A stretch of DNA of 61,298 nucleotides, the filler included, from Sphacelaria rigidula (Eukaryota), in NCBI GenBank assembly GCA_964200075.2. It is 10 parts of 10 records of this genome, joined end to end, with 100 filler letters (N's around TTAATTAATTAA, not from the genome) between each part and the next. Parts side by side here need not be neighbours in the genome. Positions count along the whole stretch, not along the records: positions 36,843 to 42,881 come from CAXNAA020022634.1; positions 42,982 to 49,020 come from CAXNAA020022635.1; positions 49,121 to 55,159 come from CAXNAA020022636.1; 7 more parts are not named here. The stretch is one strand, 5' to 3'. Position numbers and translations under genes: made by a program. Numbering within the stretch: position 1 is the stretch's first letter; every line of letters begins with the position of its first letter. Under the pieces are notes generated by a model that worked only from the letters and a program-made list of their open reading frames with translations, searched no databases and had not been told where the DNA came from. Positions 38,021 to 49,181 of this stretch are shown here, piece by piece.

Positions 38021-40767
38021 CGAGTTGGGCCAGCCTACAAACTGATTTCAGCTCTTGAAGCAATATCTCATCGACACAGACGAGTTGGGCCGTCATCCGC
38101 ATATCGTATTAACCGTCGAATGAAGATGAAGGTTAATGAAGATGAAGGTAAAAAATATGGGCCCATACTTTCTCTTCGATTAAACCCGATATCTAGTCAT
38201 CCCTATACCGTATGGAGATAGCGTCTACACTAAAATCTATATGAAACCGGAAACGGTACATTTATAGCGGATGATGACGATTTTTGGTACGGAATTCCCT
38301 GGAGCACGGGGATACGATAGATACCCTCACCTTCACCTAATTCGTAATCTGTCTCGAGATATGGCGCACATAACGTTCTATACTATAACCAATATATTAC
38401 CAGTAGAGGCACTAGATATCCTACTGTAAACCTGGATATCGCGTCTCACTTTTGTGAAACTTGTGCTGTGAAGTTTCGTATGGAGAACCTCTACAGGCTG
38501 TTTCACAGGAAAAAAAACAAGTTCTATCATCAGCAAATGCCTTCTGCAATACTCACCCAGAAGTCGCATACATGGTATCATACTGACCGCAATGAACAGA
38601 CGAAGAGGGTGACATAGCCGCATTTGTTTTGAAGGCTTTAGCGGTGGCGCTATGGGCAAAAATGTGTCTCGACCAATGAGCGCCTTTCAAACTGTTGCGA
38701 AATTGAAAATACGACTTCCAAGCCCAATTTCCACTGAATCCCCACATGCTTCAAATCATAGTGATCGTCATCACCTCAAGAACCTAACAGGAGAAACGGA
38801 TTCGAAAACGGTTCCAACGGGATCGAATTATACCCGAAACCCGTAATGTTTCGGTGATGTGGCGTTTGGCATCGTCTAATTTCCACTCATGATACGCAGG
38901 AATAACGCAGGGAGCCTCGTCACGATTTCCCTTATATCTGTTGTAGAAAAGCTCAGATCATCCTCACACTTGGCAGTTCCTTCCGTAGGTATTGATTCCA
39001 AATGGAACAATTGTGCTCTTGGCAAGGGTTCGAAGTTTCTCGGTTCTCTTACGACTTCCGGGGATCCCAGTACAAAGACCCCCGAAAAACGGTACAGAAT
39101 GACTTAAAAGAAAAAATAATAACATGATGCGTCCCAGGATGGTCCAAGGAACATACGCACATTTTTCGGTGGAGAAACTCGAAAATCTCATACAATTTTC
39201 CCTTCCTTGACGTAAAATTCCCCCTAAAAAGATGTTTTCATACTCAACCCAAGTAGTTGGGAGTTTGCACGTTTTAAGCTCACATCCTCGCACATACGCG
39301 CAATCTTGACGCATTTATTAGAATTTAGACCCTGAAACTTGCACAAACGTGCTTGAAATCATCACGCAAGTTTCGATCAACGAGGTTTTTCTATTTCTTG
39401 AATTTTTCACCGTTTTTCGGGGGTCCGACGGGATCCAAGTCGTTTTTTCCGAGGTCATCCATTCTGGGACCCCGGCAAACCGGCACGAAAGTCTTTTTTA
39501 TCCTTTTTTTCGCGAATGCTTTGCCGCCGCAAAACCGAAGGAAGAACCCCACATTTTTTCGTGGCCAAACTCGATTAACTGGTGCTTGAATTTCCATGTT
39601 CACGTCGAAAAAGGCCTTAAAACGCCATTTTCATGTCAAAATCTACTAGTTTGCCGTTTCACCGTGGCACGGCAAGGTTCAACGCACAAACGCGAAAAAC
39701 TTCACGCCGTTTTAAGGAGTTAGACCCTGAAACTTTGTACAGGTGTTCTATGGGTCATTACGCAACGTTGCAAGGAGAAGGTTTTTTATTTATTATTTTT
39801 TACCATTTTACGGGGTCGAATTTTTACCGGCAAAAGTGGGACCCCGGAAAAACGGTGAAAAAGTAAAAAATTAAAAAAGTAAAAAAAAAAAACTCGTCCT
39901 TGCAAAGTTGCGTAATGACTCATAGAACACCTGAACAAAGTTTCAGGGTCTGACTCCTTAAAACGGCGTGAAGTTTTACCGATGAGTCTATTTGGGGTTT
40001 TTTCCGTGAACCAGCCTGTAGTGCAGAATACAAGTAAAAAACAGCATTTTGGCCTTTTTTCGCTTCTTCAATTTTTTCCTTGTTCCGGGGAGTTTTCAGG
40101 AGAAATGAACATTGTTCTCAGCCCTCATCTCTATTTTTTTCCTCAATTTTTAGAGTTTTGATTTGAAACTTTGCATGTAGAACCACAGAGGTATGCTGCA
40201 TAATATATATTTATGTACACGGGCCTTCAATTATTTCGGGGGGGAGGAGAAGTTCGGGCGTTCTCGAAAAACAAAAAGTCGAGTTACCATACTGAAACGC
40301 CCTAAACCAGTGAAGAAAAAATGGAAAATCAATCTCATCCATACTTGTTGGTGCATGATCGCCTAGTGAGGTTCTGCACAAAGTTTCGGTACACAAACAC
40401 CAAACGTGGGCCGGTGAACGGCGTGAAAAATGCTGTTCTGAATATCCACCGTTCCCGGTACTTACAGGCGAGTTCGCAATTTTCTACTTAGAGGTCAACC
40501 CTGAAATTTGGTATGAACGATTAAAGGGCATGAAAAAAATATGTAGGATTCCAATTTTCTTTGTTTTCCTCACTTGGGGGCAATCAGCAGTGTTTGGGTT
40601 TTGTAAAATGCCCTTAACTCAAGAAAGAAAAAAAAAATGCAACACCGCACAGTTAATTTGTCATGACCTGTTGATCGTCTATACTAGATTTCCGGTTCAA
40701 CTCTACAGGTAGAAAATTGCGAATTCGCCTGTAAACTCCAAACCCGCTCCTCGGCTAGCCCAGCTCG
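38021..40767. mobile_element. Second 10848-family element, inverted and inserted into the first (TA TSD)
   Basis: TA-CGAGTTGGGCCAGC ... GCTAGCCCAGCTCG-TA. The interior is collinear with the reverse complement of 10848-11992, including the hairpin (~40466-40730). Confidence 0.85.
38494..40018. mobile_element. Third TA-flanked non-autonomous element nested in the second; internal ~280-bp hairpin (~39697-39977)
   Basis: TIR CAGGCTGTTTCACAGGAAAAAA versus rc CAGGCTGGTTCACGGAAAAAA. TA at 38492-93 and 40019-20. The host sequence is continuous across the insertion. Confidence 0.85.
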
Positions 40768-41689
40768 TACGAATTACTACACACGGGGTGTAATCAACGA
40801 AAGAAAAATGACCCAGACTTTAGAGCAGATGGGCACATTTCCCTTCATTCGACGGTGAATGCGATGTATGCAGATCACGGCCCAAGTAGGCTGTCTCGAT
40901 GATACATATTGCCTTGAGAGCTTCAACCCGTGCCAACGCTGGCCCAGCTCATATGACTGCGGCATACAAGATCATGACTACCCCCTCCCCCCCCCTAACC
41001 TCACCCCCCACCACGACATAAAAGATTATGAGTATAACCCCACCCCCGCCCCTCCCCGCTCCTTTTTTGTGGAGTTCGAAAATCAGTCGCGCCCGTAACT
41101 TATACACCTGCCTTCAACGTGCGTGCAACCTGTAATGGGTTCCAACCTATACCCCGGAACCGTCTCGCAACGTCCGGCAACGTCTCCAGCAAGGTCCGAC
41201 AACGTGACGTTCCCGACCTTGCCACACAAGGTACCTTGCAGAACGTGTGGAACATCGATTCAGGCATGTTCCAGGCACCTCAGTGGCCACTACGATGGTA
41301 CAATTGCCTTGAACATGCCTGCGACATTTCATGGATTCCAACCTATACCCTGGCAAGGTCAACTTTCTGACCCTCCATGGCAAGGTACCTTGCAGAGGGT
41401 CTGGAGGGTCCATAATTTCATCCTCCAGGCACCCCAGAGGCCACGTGTGAGAACTTGAACCCCCGCCCGGACAGCTGCTGCATCTTGAAGTTCAAGTTAT
41501 GTCCTCGCTAAAACAAACCTGGCATGGTGATGAAAACGAGATTGCACCGTGTTCTTCCTATTTCATATGAAAAATCGAATCTCTCAGCCGCTGCTACAAA
41601 TATCCTCCTTCAGCGTGGTACCTTCCTGAGGGTGTGACTACACCGCAGATGATATGATACGATACAATAGTCCCGGTTGGAAGCACCAT

Positions 41690-42881
41690 GATACAAACAG
41701 AATGGCATTGCCCATCGTTGTTGTCAACATTGCGTATCTCTACTGTGCAAGCCGAGTACTAGAGCGAAGCAACAACAGAATTTCGGTCATGCAAGTTACG
41801 AAGTTTCGCTAGCTCATGCGCATACGACTTGCCCTTACTATATGACTACAAATTCCACCATCCATTTGTGCACACACTTCGTTTTTTTTTAGTATTATGT
41901 CGACCTTCCTGGATCTGCGCATTGCTTGAATCAAACATCGTTACAGTCTCACTCTTATTCCTGAAACAATCGTAAGCTCACAGCACGTGGGAAAGTCCAA
42001 CGCAGAACGATACACGCCGAACGTCAGGATATTCTCGATCACAGCTTCAGGCCGATTCGGTTTCTCTCTTTTGGTGGCGTCAAAACTTCGCACTTCAAAA
42101 GAAGTGGACACGAGGGTGATAACACCCGATTGGGTCGGTCCTTGGGAAGAACCGGATCCAACCAGATGTAAAGAGGCATGTTTATGTATTTCGTCTCTTG
42201 ACGGATTACATCACACCCTCACCCCTGACTGCGGTACTAGCCAGTTCCCGCAATCAGTCCTCCGGGCGCGTGATGTCGTTTTGAATCGACGGCCCATCAT
42301 CGTACTATCCTCATCCACCACGCCACGCCGCGATCCGTAACACAAACACTTCACGGAGAGGCTCTTGCTTGACTTGTGCGTCCTCCAGCTCACGGAGCGT
42401 CCTCCCAATGTTGTGTGCTTCAGGCTGGTCTTCTCCTGTCCGCGGGCTGAACTGGCTCTAAGCTGCTGCCCAACTTTTCTCCTCAGCCAAGACTCCTCTG
42501 ACAGAGTGCCGGAAGAATAATGTCTAGATATTGTAGCCTCTGCCAGACGATCTGGACAAGAAGGCTATCCACGAGGGACTCCTCCAGTAGCGCTGGCCTG
42601 GTGCCCAACAAGTCATTTCTTCTCACTTGTTATTATCACGGAGTGATCCTCAACAGACCAAATCAAGAGCTAGACAGCAAGGGGCAACACAGATGAGGGT
42701 CATCAATCCAGGATCGACTGATACAAACGGAATATAGTTGGCCATAGTGGTCGTCCACATGCATGTCTCTACTGTACAAGTCAAGTACTAGAGCGAACAA
42801 CAATAGCATTTCGGTCATGCAGGTTACGAGGTTTTGCTAGCTCATGCAAATATGACTTACTTTTACTATTATATATGGCTA
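41690..42881 (+). repeat. Pair of ~160-bp imperfect direct repeats (~41690-41850 and ~42720-42881), ~1030 bp apart
   Basis: Shared GATACAAAC...CTCTACTGT(G/A)CAAG...GTACTAGAGCGAA...ATTTCGGTCATGCA(A/G)GTTACGA...GCTAGCTCATGC. Confidence 0.85.
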
Positions 42882-44398
42882 NNNNNNNNNNNNNNNNNNN
42901 NNNNNNNNNNNNNNNNNNNNNNNNNTTAATTAATTAANNNNNNNNNNNNNNNNNNNNNNNNNNNNNNNNNNNNNNNNNNNNGAGCGCGAGCGAGTTAGCC
43001 CGATGACGAAGTCTGAGAGTCTTGGTCAAGAGTGATCCCCAGGGATAGCCAGCAGTTCGCTGGGAAGATCCCTGTTACCTTGGGGTCCCAGATCCGGCTG
43101 TACAGATAATATGGAGGTTTCGGGGCTCCTTCGAACTTACCCCAGTAACAGCCGTTCACGAGGTTACACGTCATAAAAGGAAATCTCTCCGCACATGTCC
43201 AAATGGCGATCTCCACATAGGGCCGCTTCAGTGTCTCCGAGGGCATCTGAACGTGATATTGAAAGGCCAATATTCGCACTGTCTTCAATATTAAGTATTT
43301 ATATCATAATGGAACATATTGTATTGTCCAGGGTATAAGCAACACAGCATCAGTGACCAGAGGGGTACCATAAGGCGCATATCGACCCGCGTTTTCTGCC
43401 GTCGTACAGTTAAGCCAAGATATGGTACGTACTGTGAAGAGTACGGGCAGCAACGCACCGCTGGCCAGATAGGTATCAGAAAGCATTTGTACTGGGTCGC
43501 CTCTTCTGTCACCATATTTCCAGCCAACAGATGCATCAAACTATTTCGACAACTCTCCGTGACCACGGACGAGAACTTCTGCGGCTTCCTTTCATGCAAG
43601 CCCCTATCCGCACGGGCTCCGGCATCCATGGCGTCTGGACCTTTTCAAAGCATACACCATACTTGAAATATAGCATGGTCTTTGGGGTTGGCGGGACTTT
43701 GCAGAGCCGATTTCCCTGCAGGACATCGATGTTGGCGATTGCCGTCTTGACGCCCTCCGGTACACGGGTTATTGCCGCAAGCCATCGACGCGGCAAGACG
43801 GCACATGTGTTCCTCGACCCCTGCGAGGTTCCACAACTGCACCCACCGTCTGACCTTGTCACCACCATTCAGTACTCCTCACTGGCGGTCGGCCGACTAG
43901 CTTTACGAAAAAAATGCGTCCATTTTCTACTTTTTATGACATATTTGTCATGGTTCGATACTCACCACCTAGGTAGGAAGATGCGAGATCAGTGGGCACC
44001 GGGGGCTAGCGGGCCCAAACACAATCTTTAGTATCGAAGCCATTGAGCTCGACGTTACCAAGTGTAAAGTCAGCCACCGCACCAGTGGTCAGGTGGCATG
44101 CCGTGAGCCGCGCAGGCTGCAGCACAACATGTGTTGCATGAAGGTCAGGCTTACATTTGTGAAGACCAGAGAATCTTCTGAGATAGCAGTCCGTGATGGC
44201 GTAGATGCTCTTGTATTATTGGCGTACAGGATAACTTGTGCTTTGCTAGTTGAGATGCATAGTCCAAAACGCTGTGACACCCGAGGGGAGACAGATCAAA
44301 TCTACCACAAAATGTAATATGACCCACCAGATACCAAGCGTGACAAAGTATGACACATGGAATCGAGTCGACTGCAAAATGATCAATAAATCTGTAAC

Positions 44399-44850
44399 AT
44401 CCCCCTAGCCATATTTATATGGCTCAACACAAATTTATTGGAGGGCTGGAAGGGTAAGAACAAAAAGAAACCTTGTACACCATACGCCTGAGAGTAAAAC
44501 GAGAAAAACCTGCTGAAATACAGTACAGGGGAAAACTCGTTGCAGATCTAATGAATGGGTAAACCCTGATAAGCAGGGGAAAACTCCATCCGTTAGGAAA
44601 GGAAAACAATCTATAACGCCCTTTCCAACGACAAAAATAGCAGACAAGTACGGTCGCTGTCGTTTTCCCGGGATCTCAGCTAGACTGGAGAACGATCGGC
44701 TAGATAGCGTGATCGCGCGTCGACACCCCAGATCAGTTACACTGGATTCTGGGGTAGTGCGGGGCTTGAACGTCGCTAAAAACAAACTTCGCACGAACTG
44801 ATCAATAGTTACAGGAGTGCAGCTTTTGAGGGGTGCTCTTCTGTAACTAC
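44399..44850 (-). mobile_element. Probable 3' region, polypurine tract and start of 3' LTR of a Copia-like element
   Basis: Minus strand GAGCCATATAAATATGGCTAGGGGGA|TGTTACAG: a purine tract immediately followed by TG at 44399. The family resemblance is recalled, not verified. Confidence 0.4.
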
Positions 44851-44859
44851 TGACACCTA

Positions 44860-45109
44860 TGACACTTTCTACGATAGCCCCCCCCAAAAAAGTGTATGGT
44901 TTTGGCAGGCAAAATCTTAACGAAAATCGGAAGGGGAAAAGCCGAGCACAACGAGAAGCTGGGAATTCCCACGCTTGGCTTCGTTCTAGCCACTGTCGCC
45001 AATATGAGGCGCTTCATACAGTCTAAACCCGAAAATTAGGTGCTGTACGGCCATTTTTTTCGTGACACTTTTAGCTGGTTTTTGGGGGGGGGTATCGTGG
45101 AAAGTGTCC
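44860..45109. mobile_element. TA-flanked MITE
   Basis: TIR GACACTTTCTACGATAGCCCCCCCCAAAAA versus rc GACACTTTCCACGATACCCCCCCCCAAAAA. Confidence 0.8.
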
Positions 45110-45384
45110 TATTCTACTGGAAATAGAGCCCACGCGCTTTGGCTCACAGATGTGCCCGTATATTACCAAATGGGGACCAACCAATAACAAAGCGACAAAA
45201 GAAAAAGACAAGAACGCTCGGAATTCATTACTGAAGCGTACGGTAGCAGCGATATATCGTTACTCATTCCCTTATTTCATCACCGCATTCCTCTCACAAT
45301 AATATCATATACCACATCACACAACAGCTATCGTGAACGTTCTTGGCTCCAGTCTCTCTTTGGTTCCTCCGTTCCAGCTTGGGG

Positions 45385-47330
45385 CGCTCGAGTTCCCGGC
45401 GAGATAGCTCTTTCCAGTCTCTATCTTCGTATAGTACTCGCCGAAAGAATTTCCCATAATCATACACGTGGTGCATCAGCTCGGCACTGCTATAGTCTTT
45501 CCAGGAGGTAGCACCTATGGGCAAAAGCTTCAAGGCATCACTACGTGGGGAAGCGGGGTGCTTTGAGTACGATGGCGGGGTCGAAGAAACTGTGGGGTGA
45601 TACAGGTGCAAAAGGCTCATGACGCAGTATGGGGCAATGGGCTGTGGGAAAATATATGAGGAACTGTGATCAAATGAAAGGTGTGGACGATGAAGACGAC
45701 AGGTATGTGCCAAAGTGCGATGATGCTATACAGGGAAATATCGAAACATTTTGATATTTTGCAAGGAGCCGCACCAGAATGTACGTTACTCGCACCAGGG
45801 TGTACGTTACACCCTCTCTACTCGAGGTATTCCTTGATGACCTGATACTAGCATTAGACATGGCAAAGCAAGGGGTGAAGTTGCTGAAGAAATTGGAAAC
45901 AGTGCAGCTGGCAGCAGCTAAAATAATACTTTGATGCGGAAACGGTGCAAATGGTAGCAGCTAAAAGAATACTTGGATGCCATAAAAATAGTGAACAAGT
46001 TGGGAACAGTACAGATTGCAACAGCTCAGAGAATACTTGGATGCAGTGAAGTTGGTGAGGGAGCTGGGAACAGTACAGATGACAGCAGCTAGGGGAATTA
46101 CTTGGATGCTCGAAACAAATGAGTACGCCCCCCCTTTTGGTGAACGAGTTGGGAACAGTGCTGATTACAGCAGCTAAGGAAATTACTTGGATGCTCGAAG
46201 CAAATGAGTACGCCCCCCCTTTTGGTGAACGAGTTGGGAACAGTGCAGATTACAGCAGCTAAGGAACTTACTTGGATGCTCGAAACAAATGAGTACGCCC
46301 CCCCCTCCTTTTGAAGTCTTTCCCTTTTCCCCACCCGACAGTGCCTGAAACAACGGAAAGTCCTCGACAATCCAACATGGTGACATATACAGGCAATGCA
46401 GTCCGACACGAGGGCAAATTCAGGGGTCAAGTGGAATGTGGGTGCAACGTTCCAGTTTGGTCCCCCTCAAGGTGGGACGCAAACACTTCGGGTATGAGGT
46501 GTTTCGGATGGGGTGGGCGGATATGGAAGGAACTTCTTGCTTTTGAGACAGCGGTGGTACGTGTGTAATGTTTACGGCCAGTCCAGAGCTCGAAGGGAAA
46601 CGTGTCAGACGGTAGCATGGCGTCGGGTCGCCGGGTAGGGTACGATTGCGCACGAGTGTGCGTGAAACGTACTCTCTCTGGGGCCAAGATTTGGACAATT
46701 CTGTAACCTTTTCAGCAGCCGTCCCCTGGGTTCTCGAATCCTGTGAAACTGTAGACATAATCATGGCAAAAATAAAATAGACAAGGCATGCTGAATAAAA
46801 ATATAATTATGAGGTACGTTGTACTAAATATACGGAGACAAAGCGCAGAAATGACAAGAAACATGATCTCACACGCATGAGTTTTACATTGATGGTCATT
46901 GGGCGAGTCTCTTCTAGTTGTATGCCATACCCTAGCTGAGCCACCATGAGACGATCGGATTGTGGTGATGAAGTCTTGCTGCAGTTGCACGGCACATGAG
47001 TTTGACAGCAAAAGGAGAGCGCGCGTTTACCTACATCGTGCAGCAATACTGTTGGCTTTCCAACTTGTTTAGAATATCGGTCAGTGGGGCGACTAGAATG
47101 CTACGCTCCTGGACAAACTGTCCAAGGTACCCGGTGGGTTTTGAAACGAACGTAGTTTTTCGACTGTATGGACGTGAAGTCTGAGCAATTGCGTTGCGTT
47201 TGGAGGGGGCTGGTTGTATGCCGGTATTATCGATTAACAGGCTAAGGAACCTGTGAGACCCTGCAGTAAAGATATATTTGGCGAATTTGGCGAATTTTAC
47301 CAAATATAAAATCGTGTAGTCGACAAACCT
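45385..47330 (-). mobile_element. Degenerate Ty3/Gypsy pol remnant (RT thumb, integrase C-terminal part, Tudor-like tail)
   Basis: 47300-47060 RFLSLLIDNTGIQPAPSKRNAIAQ...TGYLGQFVQERSILVAPLTDIL fits the Gypsy FLG....GI.P.P.K..AI...GY...F......APLT.L motif. 46750-46570 DSRTQG...ELSKSWPQREYV / PDAMLPSDTFPFELWTGR resembles the integrase end. 45540-45385 LPIGA...VYDYGKFFRRVLYEDRDWKELSRRELE. The order is collinear with Gypsy pol. Confidence 0.8.
45876..46305 (+). repeat. Tandem array of a short internal LINE segment; the last three 85-bp units each end in the LINE 3' terminus plus a C-run
   Basis: G(G/A)AACAGT(G/A)CAGAT..CAGCAGCTAA...TACTTGGATGC (= LETVQMAAAKxxLGC, cf. 10695-10762) is repeated ~6 times. 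GAGTACG+C7-8 at 46121, 46206 and 46291. Confidence 0.9.
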
Positions 47331-47711
47331 TGCCGGGGAAAGTTGGGTAAGCAACACCTCGGTCAAGAAGCTTGTGCATTTCTTTTCTGATCATGCAGCG
47401 TTCTTATGGTAGGAGGCGGCGTTGTTTTGTGGCAAAGGGTGTGCACGCGAGACAACAACCAGCAAAAAATATGGAACTCGTGCTTCGCCCCCCCCAAGGG
47501 GGTTCAGCGACCACATCAGCGGAATGAGTTTCTGAAAACCATATGTAGGGTCTGTAAAAACTGTCAAAAACAAGGTATGTAGTCGCGCAGTCAACTTGCA
47601 TGGTACGCTAGGCATGAAGGGCAAAAAGGTATAGCAGGGAAACTATCTGAGTCTGCGTACTGCATAAGTAATGACAAGAAATTGCACGGAAATATTTGTG
47701 GTTGCATGGTA

Positions 47712-47821
47712 CACGGGTGGCCACTGGGGTGCCTGCAACCTCAAATTTGGATGCTACAGACGTTGCACAAGCTCTGTAACGTCCAAATTTGAGGTTACAG
47801 GCACCCCAGTGGCCACCCGTG
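47712..47821. mobile_element. 110-bp hairpin MITE with TA TSD
   Basis: CACGGGTGGCCACTGGGGTGCCTG(C/T)AACCTCAAATTTGGA is a near-perfect inverted repeat. TA at 47710-11 and 47822-23. Confidence 0.92.
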
Positions 47822-49120
47822 TATCGAAAGCCAAGTTCAAAGCAACTAAACGAAATGGTATCCAACTACGGTACAGGGTGCGTCAAGAAGTCAACCTGCT
47901 GAATAGCAAACCATACAATCGATCACCAGAGTGGGATAAAAGTGGAGATCATGTCAAGTGACACCAAGGTAATAACCCTGCCACCAGGGTCCTAAAAAAA
48001 GGTACACGGGATTAGCTATTCCAAACCAGATTGCTGACATTCCACTCCGGAACATACCGTCATGAGCAAACCGTTCAATGTTTCCTGCGTGTCCTCCCCA
48101 AAGCAATCACGTTCAGCGCCGGTTCCCTCATCGGGATGTGACACACCCAAGGCAAGAGTGTAGGTGAAACAAGGGAGGAAGTAATAGAGGGAACGGTTAG
48201 TATGCGTTGAAAGTCGTGGAGTCTGTGAAAATATGGCTCGGTTTTATACCACGTGACGCAGATCGAGATGTAGTGTGCCGAGCGGTAAATTCGGCGTTTC
48301 GGCCTTGCGAACCAGATAAATGAAACGATTACACGCGGAATCCTGCTCAAGCATGATGAGTACAGGCAGCGCAACAGACAAGGCCCTGCAGATAGCCTAC
48401 ACCCCGCACGGTCAAAAGAAAAACATCACGATCGCCAAACACGAAACAAAATTACCAAAACATGAGATGATGAAAAATCGTGCAGCTCTACAGAGCAAGA
48501 CGACGGCGGCGCAAAATTATAAAACACGCAATACAATCGGGTGGCTCAAAAGAAAGTTATGGTGGACACGACACCCAGAGATGCAGAAAATATTGGAATG
48601 TATCATGAAAGAAAATCAATCAAGACCGAAAAAATTGGAAGCTTTACCGCACGTGCATTTCACGAATCCCCATGGCCACAATAAAAATGAAAAATACATA
48701 CTGATCATGGTGGGTTGATTGTCCCAATTCAATATGCAACAAAAATACCAAAATAATATGGAGAATGCCTGAAACACGATCATTGCCGATTAGGTACAGG
48801 CGTGATAATATGGGTGAACAGGTGTAGGTCAGGCAAAGGTGATACAATGCAGGCGACAATGAAAAAACGAAAACTGTGCGATCAGATCGAAGCAAGGTTA
48901 AAAAAAAAACATGAGGGCGGAAAATACGCGTGCACATGACAACATGCGATGCGATAGCAAGCGAGAAAAGTACAGCCGACAGTAGGCGGTAGAGGCAAAA
49001 ACAACACAACAAGCGGGATCNNNNNNNNNNNNNNNNNNNNNNNNNNNNNNNNNNNNNNNNNNNNTTAATTAATTAANNNNNNNNNNNNNNNNNNNNNNNN
49101 NNNNNNNNNNNNNNNNNNNN

Positions 49121-49181
49121 CCGGCGTTGGAGGGATGCGAGGTCAATGGTCTTATGACTATGGCATGCATGATCATGAGTT
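49121..49181 (+). mobile_element. LINE 3' terminus (type B end) followed by C13
   Basis: GGGATGCGAGGTCAATGGTCTTATGACTATGGCATGCATGATCATGAGTT then C13 (49182-49194). Confidence 0.8.

Larger units (their letters stand above)
37010..40951. mobile_element. Host copy of the 10848-family element (right part), split by nested insertions
   Basis: 37010-37140 and 37620-38018 align with ~11360-11805. 40770-40951 aligns with ~11815-11992 and ends GCTGGCCCAGCTCA-TA. Confidence 0.8.

Noticed and set aside
42995..43870. Protein-like minus-strand ORF fragments
   Set aside because: Possibly a decayed TE gene, but I recognised no diagnostic motif.
46051..46305. CRISPR-like repeat-spacer array
   Set aside because: The whole 85-bp unit is repeated and both parts derive from the LINE.
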